Shown: positions 8,237 to 17,308, counted from the stretch's first letter. The stretch is 64,000 nucleotides of DNA from an uncultured Ignavibacteriales bacterium (GCA_964397415.1 CAYNIJ010000001.1:389662-453661); one strand, 5' to 3'. The notes: generated by a model from the letters alone, not told the origin. Program-made: numbers and translations.

Positions 8237-10486
8237 ATGAAACAGAACTACTTCGCTCGCATTCTCTTCCTCGCACTCTGCCTGACCGTGTCGGCTACTC
8301 GTGCGGATATCACTGACCTATTGGTCAACGACGACAACCTGCTGACTACGCACGAGCGTCCGCGTGTGGCGGTAGCGCCGACTGGAAGTTTCGTCATTGC
8401 CTGGGCCGACCAACGGTCCGGACAAAGCGATATCTATCTCCAACGCGTTTCGGCCCTGGGAACGCGAGTCAATTCGAATCAGCTGGTCAATCTCGATACC
8501 CTCGGCGCCTGGCAAGCGTATCCCGCGCTAGGTGTCGCTTCTACCGGTGAATATTCGATCGTCTGGCAGGATTTCAGACACACCAGCTACCCATATGACC
8601 CCGACATCTTTCTCCAACGGGCCGACTCGTCTCTAACGCCCGTCGGCGAAAACACTGCAATCACGGTAGAGACACCGGATTCGCTCAAGGAAGCTCCCGA
8701 TGTAGCGATAGCTCCCGGTGGAACGGGTATGGTAGTGTGGGCAGATTATCGCAACCGTAATTGGGATATCTATGGCCAGATGCTGGCGGCCAACGGCTCG
8801 CGGATCGGCAACAACTTCAAGATCAACGATGATGTCAATTTGGCGCAGCAACACGGTGCGCGAGTTTCGGTCGCGCCGGATGGCTGGTACGCCGTGACAT
8901 GGTATGATAATCGCCAGGGAACCGACGACATTTTTGTGCAGCTCTTCTCACCATCCGGAGTGAAGAAGGCTGGTAATATCCGGATCAACTCCGACATAAG
9001 CTCCACCCGTCAGGCCTTTCCCGATATCGCGTGTGATGGACGCGGCAGATTCCATGTCGTCTGGACCGATTGGCGCAATGGTACCTATCCGAATAACCCC
9101 GATGTTTACTATCGACGGTTTGACACACTCTTTCAAGCGCAGACGATCGACACGAGGTTGAATACCGATGGTTCGACCCGCCCGCAACGTGACCCCGCCG
9201 TCGCCGCTGACAGGATGGGGAATGTAGGAATCGTGTGGGCAGACTCTACCGCATCCTCCTGGGATGTTATGGGGCAAATTCTGGACGCTGATGGCAGTGT
9301 GCGTGTAGCTTCTACACGCATGCACCTCCCCTCAGACAGCGCGCAGTTGCAGCCCGACATTGCGATCGATGGCCGCAATCGATACGTCACCTGGTCGGAT
9401 AAGCGACAGGGGAGATTTGATATCTACACGTCAGTCGCGAAATACAACGATCCACATCTCGCGGCGACACCATCGGCATTGACGTTCTCCATGAATCCCG
9501 GAGGCCCGATACCGGCAGCGCAGTCTGTGGTGCTCGAACATGCCGGACTGATCGGTTTACACTATGCGGCGGTCTCCTCGCAGGGATGGCTGCAGGTAAC
9601 ACCTGCATCAGGAACAACGATTGATACTTTATCCTTTGCCGTGACCGCACTCCTCGCGGAAGGGATACATTCAGCCCAGGTCCGCTTGATCGACACCGAC
9701 AACGCTGATTCATCGCTGGTAGTCACCGTTACTGTTAGCTCGGTAATTGATACCGTCGCTGACTCGGTTATCTGCGGAGCGGTAAGCTGCCTTCCGCTCG
9801 ATTCCACCGATCTGACGATTGAAGTTTATCTCGAAAACGCCGCGCACGAGGTGGTGGTCCCATTGGTCTGGGACAGTAACTATTTCTACGCCAGCGGCGT
9901 GACTGTCGGGGGGACTCTCCTCGGAAGAGCCACCGCGCAACTGGCGTCAAATGCCTCTGACCATGCCGCGATTATAGTAACCGCCGATCCCGGCGATAGT
10001 CTCCCGGCGGGGAAGTATGAATTGGCGAATCTCCGTATTGTTACCCTGCCCGTCGAAGGATTCAGCCTGGTTGACAGTCTGACGATTGGAAGTTACAGCC
10101 TGCGAGTGGAAGCGGTCGGTGGCGGCTGGGGACGGCCAGCCTTTGTGCCGGGGGAGGTGACTGTCAGCACAGTAACCGATGCTGATGGGCCTGACCACCC
10201 AACTCTGCCGGAATTCACTCTGCGTCAGAATTATCCGAATCCCTTCAATGGCTCAACGGTGGTTGAATTTGTGCTGCCGGAGCGCGCCGATGTAGTTCTC
10301 GAAATCTTCAATGTGCTCGGTCAGACCGTTCACCAAACAGAGATCAGGGGTATGTCCGCAGGTGAACATTCATTGACCTGGAACGGACAGACCTCCGATG
10401 GACGCGAGGCTCCATCCGGGATCTTCTTCTATCGCCTGCGCGCGGGTGACCGGACAGAGGTCCGTAAGATGATTCTGCTCAAGTGA
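8237..10486 (+). CDS. Large secreted protein: 7-blade beta-propeller-like repeats, a possible cohesin-like beta-sandwich, and a T9SS C-terminal sorting domain
   Basis: Likely start at MKQNYFARILFLALCLTVSA (signal peptide); the tracked start at 8207 lies inside the upstream terminator. Seven W-x-D-x-R...DI(Y/F) repeats. C-terminus LRQNYPNPFNGSTVVEF...GIFFYRLRAGDRTEVRKMILLK matches the Por/T9SS CTD pattern. Confidence 0.8.
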   Translation: MKQNYFARILFLALCLTVSATRADITDLLVNDDNLLTTHERPRVAVAPTGSFVIAWADQRSGQSDIYLQRVSALGTRVNSNQLVNLDTLGAWQAYPALGVASTGEYSIVWQDFRHTSYPYDPDIFLQRADSSLTPVGENTAITVETPDSLKEAPDVAIAPGGTGMVVWADYRNRNWDIYGQMLAANGSRIGNNFKINDDVNLAQQHGARVSVAPDGWYAVTWYDNRQGTDDIFVQLFSPSGVKKAGNIRINSDISSTRQAFPDIACDGRGRFHVVWTDWRNGTYPNNPDVYYRRFDTLFQAQTIDTRLNTDGSTRPQRDPAVAADRMGNVGIVWADSTASSWDVMGQILDADGSVRVASTRMHLPSDSAQLQPDIAIDGRNRYVTWSDKRQGRFDIYTSVAKYNDPHLAATPSALTFSMNPGGPIPAAQSVVLEHAGLIGLHYAAVSSQGWLQVTPASGTTIDTLSFAVTALLAEGIHSAQVRLIDTDNADSSLVVTVTVSSVIDTVADSVICGAVSCLPLDSTDLTIEVYLENAAHEVVVPLVWDSNYFYASGVTVGGTLLGRATAQLASNASDHAAIIVTADPGDSLPAGKYELANLRIVTLPVEGFSLVDSLTIGSYSLRVEAVGGGWGRPAFVPGEVTVSTVTDADGPDHPTLPEFTLRQNYPNPFNGSTVVEFVLPERADVVLEIFNVLGQTVHQTEIRGMSAGEHSLTWNGQTSDGREAPSGIFFYRLRAGDRTEVRKMILLK
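8357..9436 (+). repeat. Seven tandem intragenic repeats of ~52-58 codons (propeller-blade-like)
   Basis: The conserved Trp of motif (V/I)(V/T)W.D.R falls at ORF residues 66, 120, 178, 232, 286, 344 and 396. Each is followed by DI(Y/F).Q and a G-containing turn. Confidence 0.75.
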
Positions 10487-10606
10487 TTTCGGGCCTGATT
10501 TAGGCCCGGAACAGCCAAAAAAACAGCATCTAGAGTGAACCCCAAACGCTCTCCTTCTCGTATCACTAACCAGTGAGACAATGAACCTGAACGAGATGGA
10601 GGCGAC

Positions 10607-11845
10607 ATGTTTCGTGCCCGACTTCTGCTGACCGCCCTGCTGGTAGGACTCGCCGCGTCAGTATCGGCTGCCGATAACAGCGGACGGATCTACGGCAAGA
10701 TCACGACCGTCGATGGTGACACCTATGAAGGCTTGATCCGCTGGGACAAAAATGAAGCGAGCTGGGTAGACCTGCTGAATGGCACCAAAGAACTCGACGA
10801 CGACAACGCCGACAAATCCTCTCAAACATCCCGTCGTAAATCCAAAAAAGTACAAGTCTTCGGAATGGACATAGCTCAGTGGGACTTCGATGAAAATGGC
10901 TGGCCCGGTTCGGCCGAATCAGGGATCCGCTTTGGGCACATCAAATCGATCGAGCCACGCGGCGACGATGAAGCGCGTATTACCCTCAAATCGGGCGCGA
11001 CACTGGTGCTGACCGGCGGCTCAACAGACATTGGCTCAAATATGCGCGAGTTGATCATCGAAGATAACGGCGAAGGGGAGACCGAACTATCCTGGGAAGA
11101 TGTCGAGCGAGTCGATCTGATGCCGGGGCGAGCTGGGATCGAATCCTCATTCGGCGATCGCCTCTACGGCACGTTAACCACACGCCGCGGCGACACGTAT
11201 ACCGGGTTCATAGCGTGGGATGTGGACGAGGTCTTTACCTCGGATCTGCTGGAAGGCGAATCCAAAGATCGCAGCCGAAAGGTCAAGTTCGAAAAGATAG
11301 CATCGCTGGAGCGGTACTCCTCAAGCGGGACCACTGTCCATCTCAAAGGTGGAGAAGAGATGATCCTCAAAGGCTCCAATGATGTAGATGAAAGCAATAA
11401 CGGCATTATCGTCTCTGATCCGGCCTTTGGACAAGTGACGGTCACCTGGGATCAGTTTGAAACGCTTGAACTCAAACCCGCTCCGTCGCAGCCGGCTTAC
11501 GACAAGTTTGATGGTGGTCGTCCGCTCAAGGGGACCGTCTATACCGAAGACGGCGATACCTATGCCGGGACCATCCGGTGGGACAATGACGAAGAATACA
11601 CATGGGAAATCCTCGATGGCGACTATCGGGATCTTCAGTTCGATATCGAATTCGGACTTGTGAAACAGATCGAGCGGACCACCTCGCGGAGTTGCGAAGT
11701 GACGGTCTCGGATGGCCGCACGTTCCGGCTGCGCGGCTCGAATGATATTGACTCGGGGAACAAGGGGATCTTCATCGACACCGGCAAAGGTAAAGAAACA
11801 CGGGTCGACTGGGAAGACTTCAGCAAGGTAGAGTTCACAAACTAA
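10607..11845 (+). CDS. Secreted protein of unknown function with three tandem repeat modules
   Basis: Signal peptide MFRARLLLTALLVGLAASVSAA. Three modules each begin (R)xYG.(I/L)TT..GDTY.G.I.WD.(D/N)E and end W(E/D).(V/F)..(V/L)(D/E)(L/F). Confidence 0.75.
   Translation: MFRARLLLTALLVGLAASVSAADNSGRIYGKITTVDGDTYEGLIRWDKNEASWVDLLNGTKELDDDNADKSSQTSRRKSKKVQVFGMDIAQWDFDENGWPGSAESGIRFGHIKSIEPRGDDEARITLKSGATLVLTGGSTDIGSNMRELIIEDNGEGETELSWEDVERVDLMPGRAGIESSFGDRLYGTLTTRRGDTYTGFIAWDVDEVFTSDLLEGESKDRSRKVKFEKIASLERYSSSGTTVHLKGGEEMILKGSNDVDESNNGIIVSDPAFGQVTVTWDQFETLELKPAPSQPAYDKFDGGRPLKGTVYTEDGDTYAGTIRWDNDEEYTWEILDGDYRDLQFDIEFGLVKQIERTTSRSCEVTVSDGRTFRLRGSNDIDSGNKGIFIDTGKGKETRVDWEDFSKVEFTN
10682..11842 (+). 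repeat. Three tandem intragenic repeat modules (~110-160 codons each)
   Basis: The GDTY core recurs at ORF residues 37, 195 and 316. Module ends are SWEDVERVDL, TWDQFETLEL and DWEDFSKVEF. Confidence 0.7.
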
Positions 11846-11883
11846 AAACGTACGCCGCTTCGAGAGTATATGACAACAGAATG

Positions 11884-11911
11884 GCCGCCATCCATGGCGG
11901 CTTTCTGTTTT
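11884..11911 (+). terminator. Rho-independent terminator
   Basis: GCCGCCA-TCCA-TGGCGGC stem-loop followed by TTTCTGTTTT, 39 nt after the stop at 11845. Confidence 0.75.
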
Positions 11912-12056
11912 ATAGGAGAGTCCTCTTCGGCCAGGCAATTGGGCATAGGTATGAGCCTAACGTCTGATGACCCTCCATAGTCTTGTCGCGTGATGTGACA
12001 AAGAAGCAGGAGAACGGCCGGATTGTCAAGCGGAAACCCGCGCCGTGTGCCCATAA

Positions 12057-12085
12057 GAAAAGCCCTCGCGTGCGAGGGCTTTTCT
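12057..12085. terminator. Bidirectional hairpin terminator (serves the minus-strand TPR gene)
   Basis: AGCCCTCG-CGTG-CGAGGGCT flanked by an A-run on the left and TTTTC on the right. Lies 24 nt beyond the stop of the minus-strand gene ending at 12109. Confidence 0.7.
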
Positions 12086-12108
12086 CAAATGTGTTGTGAA
12101 GCGAGTAC

Positions 12109-13020
12109 TTAGTTGCCGGCTTTGGCTGTTTTGGCGGCTTCCAACTCTTTCACATGCTGGGTTGCCACGGCAACATCGTCCTTGGCTTTCGGCTGGTTTT
12201 TGGCCAGTCGGATGTACTCCTGCCAGTTGGCCAGGTTAGCGTCTATGTTGTTCGGGTCAAGTTGTTCGGCCGAGATAGCGTAATTGTACGCGGCTCGATA
12301 CGCTTTCGGGTCATCCTCCAGCGCGGCCTTGAACTGCTTGGACGCGTTGGCGTAATCTTCCGACTGCAGATAGATATTCCCGAGCGCGAAATGGGCAGGG
12401 TAGTTGACTTCCTTCGCGGCTAACGACTTCTCGTACGCGGCGATGGCGTCTTTGCTCTTCTGCTGTCCCTGGTACGCTTTTCCCATCAGCATCCATGTTT
12501 CATCAGTGGCGGCATTGAGCGCGTGGATCTTTTCAATCGTCGCCAGAACCGCGGCATGCTCGTTTGTCTTGCTGTGAATCTTGGCGATTTCGGTCATGTT
12601 GGCGGCGGTGTCGGCCAACGTGGTGGAATTCTTAACTGCGCTCTCGAATGAGGTGATTGCTTCCGGATAGCGCTTCATCGTCGACTGGACCCTTGCCAGG
12701 TTGATGAACGCTTCGATATTCTCCGGCTTCTTTTCGCAGGCGGTCTTGAAGTTCGCGATCGCCTCGTCGTACTTCTCGGTCGCGTAGTAGCAGACGCCGA
12801 GATTGAGGTACGCGTCATAATAGTCGGCGTCGGCTTGGATCGCCTTCTGGTATGCGGCGATTGCGGCATCGTAATTCTTCGCCTGCTTGGCGGTCTGGCC
12901 CTCGTTATACGCGGCCTTGGCTGAATCCGTCTGCGCGTGCAGTGAGGTGGTGGCAGCCAGGACGCAGAGGCAGAGGATGAGAACTCGTGCGACTCCGGCA
13001 ATTTGATTTCGTGTGACCAT
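12109..13020 (-). CDS. Secreted tetratricopeptide-repeat (TPR) protein
   Basis: Signal-like N-terminus VARVLILCLCVLAATTSLHAQ. Repeated 34-aa TPR pattern (A..YN.G......Y..AI..Y.KA...DP.Y..A) across the whole protein. Confidence 0.8.
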   Translation of the reverse strand: MVTRNQIAGVARVLILCLCVLAATTSLHAQTDSAKAAYNEGQTAKQAKNYDAAIAAYQKAIQADADYYDAYLNLGVCYYATEKYDEAIANFKTACEKKPENIEAFINLARVQSTMKRYPEAITSFESAVKNSTTLADTAANMTEIAKIHSKTNEHAAVLATIEKIHALNAATDETWMLMGKAYQGQQKSKDAIAAYEKSLAAKEVNYPAHFALGNIYLQSEDYANASKQFKAALEDDPKAYRAAYNYAISAEQLDPNNIDANLANWQEYIRLAKNQPKAKDDVAVATQHVKELEAAKTAKAGN

Positions 13021-13102
13021 GCATTCTCCTAAAGGTTAAATGATCATATGGTTGTTGTACAATTGGGCGGGAGCCATGTTCCCGCCACCGAAGGTCACCG
13101 AA

Positions 13103-13549
13103 CTACAGCGACTTGCGGTGCGCTTCAAGGGAGGACTTCACCTCGGGGTACTTTAGCGCGAGAATCCGGCCGGCAAGGATTGCCGCATTTTTCGCTCCCG
13201 GACTGCCGATCGCAACTCCCGCAACCGGGATCCCCGGGGGCATTTGCGTCACCGATAGCAAGGCATCAAGGCCGTTAAGTGCTGCCGGCAGCGGCACCCC
13301 TATTACCGGCAGAAGCGAGTGAGCCGCCGCTACCCCTGGTAGCGCCGCCGATAGTCCCGCCATGGCGATTATGACCTCGAATCCTCGCTCCGCGGCTCGT
13401 GAGGTCAGGTCTGAAGTGCGTTCGGGGTGGCGATGTGCCGAAGAGACCTCAATCGTCCCTTCTATTGAGAGCTTGCCCAATTCTGCCTTGCAGGTTTCCG
13501 CATATTCGAGATCCGATTTGGACCCGACGACGATCAATACTTTTGGCAT
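13103..13549 (-). CDS. purE: 5-(carboxyamino)imidazole ribonucleotide mutase PurE (class I-like)
   Basis: VVGSKSDLEYAE, SSAHRHPERT and IAMAGLSAALPGVAAA...PVIGVP are typical PurE motifs. Confidence 0.9.
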   Translation of the reverse strand: MPKVLIVVGSKSDLEYAETCKAELGKLSIEGTIEVSSAHRHPERTSDLTSRAAERGFEVIIAMAGLSAALPGVAAAHSLLPVIGVPLPAALNGLDALLSVTQMPPGIPVAGVAIGSPGAKNAAILAGRILALKYPEVKSSLEAHRKSL

Positions 13550-13551
13550 GA

Positions 13552-14841
13552 CTACTTTGTTGTCTCCGCTTTTTGTGGGAAGGCTTTTGCGCCGATATCT
13601 CGACGGAACATGGCGCCGTCGAATCGTATCTTTTTCACAGTTCCATAGGCGCGGTCAATCGCGCTTCGCAGATCGACATCGATCCCGGTGACACCCAGGA
13701 CTCTACCGCCAGTCGTGAAGTAACGCCCGTTCTCTCGTTTCGTTCCGGCATGGAAAACCGGCGAATTGTTATCTTTGATGGCATCCAGTCCGTTAATCGG
13801 GATTCCCTTTCGGTAGTTGCCAGGGTATCCTTTTGACGCCATGATGACGCACGCGGCGGCTCCCTTTCTCCACTCGAGCTTGGGCAGATTCCCAACTTTC
13901 CCGTCGACCACAGCCATCATGACATCCACCAGGTCCGATTTCATCATTGGTAATACTACTTGCGTCTCCGGGTCGCCGAAACGGCAATTGAACTCCAGGA
14001 CTTTAGGACCCGCTTCAGTCAGCATCAGGCCGGCGTAAAGTACGCCGGTGTAGGTGATCCCTTCACTTCGCAGTCCATTAATGGTTGGAAGGAGGATATG
14101 TTCCATTACTTGTTCGAGGATATCAGGAGTAATAAAATCGACCGGGCAGTACGCCCCCATGCCGCCGGTGTTGGGGCCGCGGTCATTGTCGAATGCCCGC
14201 TTATGGTCTTGGCTCGGCAACAGCGGAAGGATCACCTTTCCGTCGGTGACCGCCATAATGGAGACCTCGGTCCCTGCGAGGAACGACTCGATAACGATCC
14301 GCTCACCCGCTTTTCCGAAGATTTTCTTCATCATCATCTCTTCCAGAGCGGCGGTCGCTTGTCCGATATCTTTGACAACCGCGACACCCTTCCCGGCGGC
14401 GAGGCCATCGGCCTTGATCACCAGCGGGAATTCAGCGGATTTACAGAATCCAACCGCCTCTGCGAATGAGGTAAAGACCCTGAATGGCGCGGTCGGAATA
14501 TGGTATTGCCGCATGAACTCTTTGGAGAAAACCTTGGAGCTTTCCAACTGCGCCGCCTTTTTGTCCGGTCCAAATATCCGGAGCTTGCGACGCTGAAAGT
14601 CATCAACCACGCCGACTGAAAGCGGCTGTTCGGGCCCCACAACCGTAAGATCGATCTTGTTGCGCTGGGCAAACTCGATCAGGCTGCGGGTGGCATCGGC
14701 TTTGATATTGACGCATTTCGCGATCTGCGAGATGCCGCCGTTGCCGGGGGCGCAGAAGATCTTATCAACCTTCTTGGATTGCTTGAGTTTCCAGATGAGC
14801 GCGTGCTCGCGCCCGCCTGAGCCTATCACCAGTATATTCAT
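13552..14841 (-). CDS. purD: Phosphoribosylamine-glycine ligase PurD
   Basis: MNILVIGSGGREHALIWKL, APGNGG, ATP-grasp core, NCRFGDPETQ and GGRVLGV are classic PurD motifs. Confidence 0.95.
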   Translation of the reverse strand: MNILVIGSGGREHALIWKLKQSKKVDKIFCAPGNGGISQIAKCVNIKADATRSLIEFAQRNKIDLTVVGPEQPLSVGVVDDFQRRKLRIFGPDKKAAQLESSKVFSKEFMRQYHIPTAPFRVFTSFAEAVGFCKSAEFPLVIKADGLAAGKGVAVVKDIGQATAALEEMMMKKIFGKAGERIVIESFLAGTEVSIMAVTDGKVILPLLPSQDHKRAFDNDRGPNTGGMGAYCPVDFITPDILEQVMEHILLPTINGLRSEGITYTGVLYAGLMLTEAGPKVLEFNCRFGDPETQVVLPMMKSDLVDVMMAVVDGKVGNLPKLEWRKGAAACVIMASKGYPGNYRKGIPINGLDAIKDNNSPVFHAGTKRENGRYFTTGGRVLGVTGIDVDLRSAIDRAYGTVKKIRFDGAMFRRDIGAKAFPQKAETTK

Positions 14842-15072
14842 ATGCTTAGTCCATATCTCCGAGAAACCGCTAATCTACACTCCGCCCGCTGGAAAGGGCA
14901 ACCGGTTTTTTGAGTAGCGCAATTAGAGCGTCAACGCAAAAAGCGGTTGCCCAAATCAGGGAATCCATTATCTTATAAGAAGATACTCACCATCGGCCAT
15001 CTCCGTTCCCTCACATGGCCGGCGGAACCCTTACTGCGCTGGCAATGCGACTTTCCACACGAAGGAGTTGGC

Positions 15073-17229
15073 ATGTATCGCTCGATTACTATCTGCTTGA
15101 TCGCACTTTTCGTCGTCGCGGGAGCCAATGCCGCTTCCCAAGCCCCTGTCGCGAAGATCATCGTCGACAACATCACCAAAGCACAATACCTCGATATGGC
15201 CAGCCTGGGGCTCGACATTATTGAGGTCGAGGGAGATCGATTTGAGATTCTAGCGAATGGCGATGATCGCGCCAAACTCCAGCACCTGGGAATTCCATAC
15301 CAGGTGGAGCAGGAGGATATGGCCGAATTCTACGCCACTCGTGCCGCGGTCCCCAATGGCGGATTCAGAACCTTCGCCCAAATCGTGGCGTTGCTTGATT
15401 CTCTCTCTGCCGCCAATCCAAACATCATGACCGCCAAGTTCTCCGTAGGACAGTCATACGAAGGGGAAGAGATCTGGGTGGTCAAAGTTTCGGACAATCC
15501 TAATGTTGATGAGGATGAACCGGAGGTTTTCTACAACAGCTATATTCACGCGCGCGAACCCGCCGGCGCGGCCGCGCTACTGCATGTCCTGAAATACCTG
15601 GTCGCCAATTACGGCACCGATCAGGAAGTCACGGATATCGTCAATAACCGCGAATTGTTCTTCATGCCGGTGGTGAATCCTGATGGCGTCATTTACAACG
15701 AAATGACCAATCTGGAAGGCGGCGGACTTTGGCGCAAAAACCGTCGCTCGACCGGCTCCAATATCGGGATAGACCTCAACCGTAATTTCGGGTACAAATG
15801 GGGTTACGATGACATTGGCTCATCGCCAAGCACCGGCAGCGAGGTCTATCGTGGTCCCTCGGCTTTCTCCGAAGTGGAAACGCAGGTCCTCCGTGATTTT
15901 GTGATATCGCGCGATTTCTCCATCTGCAACAATATCCATACCTACTCGAACCTGTTCATCTGGCCCTACGGCTATGACCGGGTTTTCACCCATCAGGAAG
16001 ACTTCTTCTCCAATCTCGGAGATTCGCTCGCCCAGTATAACGGTTACTCTCCCGACGTCAGTTGGACACTATATCCGACCAACGGCGCCGCAGACGACTG
16101 GATGTGGGGAGACACGATTTCCAAGCCGAGATTCGTGTCATTGACCACAGAGATCGGTGCAAGCTTTGACGGATTCTGGCCTGCCCCGACCCGCATACCT
16201 GTGCTTGAGGCCGAAAACCTGCAGCCGAATCTCTTCCTGGCGAAGATCGCCGATAACCCGCTGAGACTCGGACCGCCTGCGCGTTCGTTACTCTCAGTAC
16301 CGGACTCCGTCGGCCAGGATTTTACTGTAAGCTGGCATACCGCTGACTCCATTAATCAGCCGGTCAGTTATAAACTGTTTGAGTTGACCAACAAGCAGAC
16401 GGTTACTGATATCGCGACGACAGATAACGGATATTGGGCGACTGAGAAAATGGCGCTCTCGGCTATACGAGCGCATACGCCGCCGAATTCCTGGCATTCC
16501 CAGAACCAGAACAAAGCCCACCATTGGCTGCTGTCGCAAACTCCCTACAAAGTGCAGCCAAACGATTCCCTCGTCTTCTGGATCTGGTACAATCTTGAGA
16601 CCGACTGGGACTACTTCTATGCCCAGATATCTATCGACGGCGGATTCGACTTCATGAATTTGCCATGCAGTCGGACAACGAACAGCGACCCGAACAATCT
16701 GAATCTGGGGAATGGCATCACCGGTTCCTCCGGAGGATGGGTGCGTGTGGCCTATGACCTTACACCGTATGTGAACAGAGAGATATTTATTCGCCTGACG
16801 CAGTTCACCGATTCGTATACGCTGAATGAGGGAGTTTACATCGACGACATCGAGAATGTCGACATGTTCGGCAGCCAAACACTGGTCGCTTCCGGAGTAA
16901 TGGACACCTCATATACCTTCAGTGCACACCCCACTGGCTCGTATTGGTATCGTGTGATCGGCAAGGATGTGGAAGATCAGGAGAGCCGTGTCTCCGCGTA
17001 CGTTATGACGACAGTCTATCAACAGATGGTGATCGGCGATTTGAATGGCGATACGCGCATCGATCTCTCCGACCTGAGCATCATGATATCATATATTCTG
17101 GGCCTGATTCCGCTGCCGGAGCCTGCGGCCGCGGCCAATGTGAATTGCGCGGGTCAGGTAGATCTGAGCGATCTTTCACTCTTGATATCACACATTCTAG
17201 GCCAGGTTCCGGCCCCCACCTGCCCATAA
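15073..17229 (+). CDS. Secreted M14-family zinc carboxypeptidase with a C-terminal dockerin-like domain
   Basis: ATG at 15073 follows GAAGGAG; signal peptide MYRSITICLIALFVVAGANA. M14 motifs YIHAREPAG, VVNPDG, WRKNR, IHTYSNLFIWPYGY. C-terminal duplicated EF-hand-like segment GDLNGDTRIDLSDLS...NVNCAGQVDLSDLSLLISHILG. Confidence 0.85.
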   Translation: MYRSITICLIALFVVAGANAASQAPVAKIIVDNITKAQYLDMASLGLDIIEVEGDRFEILANGDDRAKLQHLGIPYQVEQEDMAEFYATRAAVPNGGFRTFAQIVALLDSLSAANPNIMTAKFSVGQSYEGEEIWVVKVSDNPNVDEDEPEVFYNSYIHAREPAGAAALLHVLKYLVANYGTDQEVTDIVNNRELFFMPVVNPDGVIYNEMTNLEGGGLWRKNRRSTGSNIGIDLNRNFGYKWGYDDIGSSPSTGSEVYRGPSAFSEVETQVLRDFVISRDFSICNNIHTYSNLFIWPYGYDRVFTHQEDFFSNLGDSLAQYNGYSPDVSWTLYPTNGAADDWMWGDTISKPRFVSLTTEIGASFDGFWPAPTRIPVLEAENLQPNLFLAKIADNPLRLGPPARSLLSVPDSVGQDFTVSWHTADSINQPVSYKLFELTNKQTVTDIATTDNGYWATEKMALSAIRAHTPPNSWHSQNQNKAHHWLLSQTPYKVQPNDSLVFWIWYNLETDWDYFYAQISIDGGFDFMNLPCSRTTNSDPNNLNLGNGITGSSGGWVRVAYDLTPYVNREIFIRLTQFTDSYTLNEGVYIDDIENVDMFGSQTLVASGVMDTSYTFSAHPTGSYWYRVIGKDVEDQESRVSAYVMTTVYQQMVIGDLNGDTRIDLSDLSIMISYILGLIPLPEPAAAANVNCAGQVDLSDLSLLISHILGQVPAPTCP

Positions 17230-17248
17230 TGACATGAGAGCCAGTTAA

Positions 17249-17282
17249 GGCGCCCGACCAAAAGGTTCGGCGCCTTTTTCTT
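17249..17282 (+). terminator. Rho-independent terminator
   Basis: GGCGCCCGACC-AAAA-GGTTCGGCGCC (imperfect 11-bp stem) followed by TTTTTCTT, 20 nt after the stop. Confidence 0.75.
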
Positions 17283-17308
17283 GCCCAATTCGCTCTGCAC
17301 AAACCCAG

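Noticed and set aside
14947-15072. N-terminal 42-codon extension of the M14 peptidase ORF
   Set aside because: A GAAGGAG RBS followed by ATG at 15073 gives a textbook signal peptide. The extension has no RBS and would bury the signal sequence.
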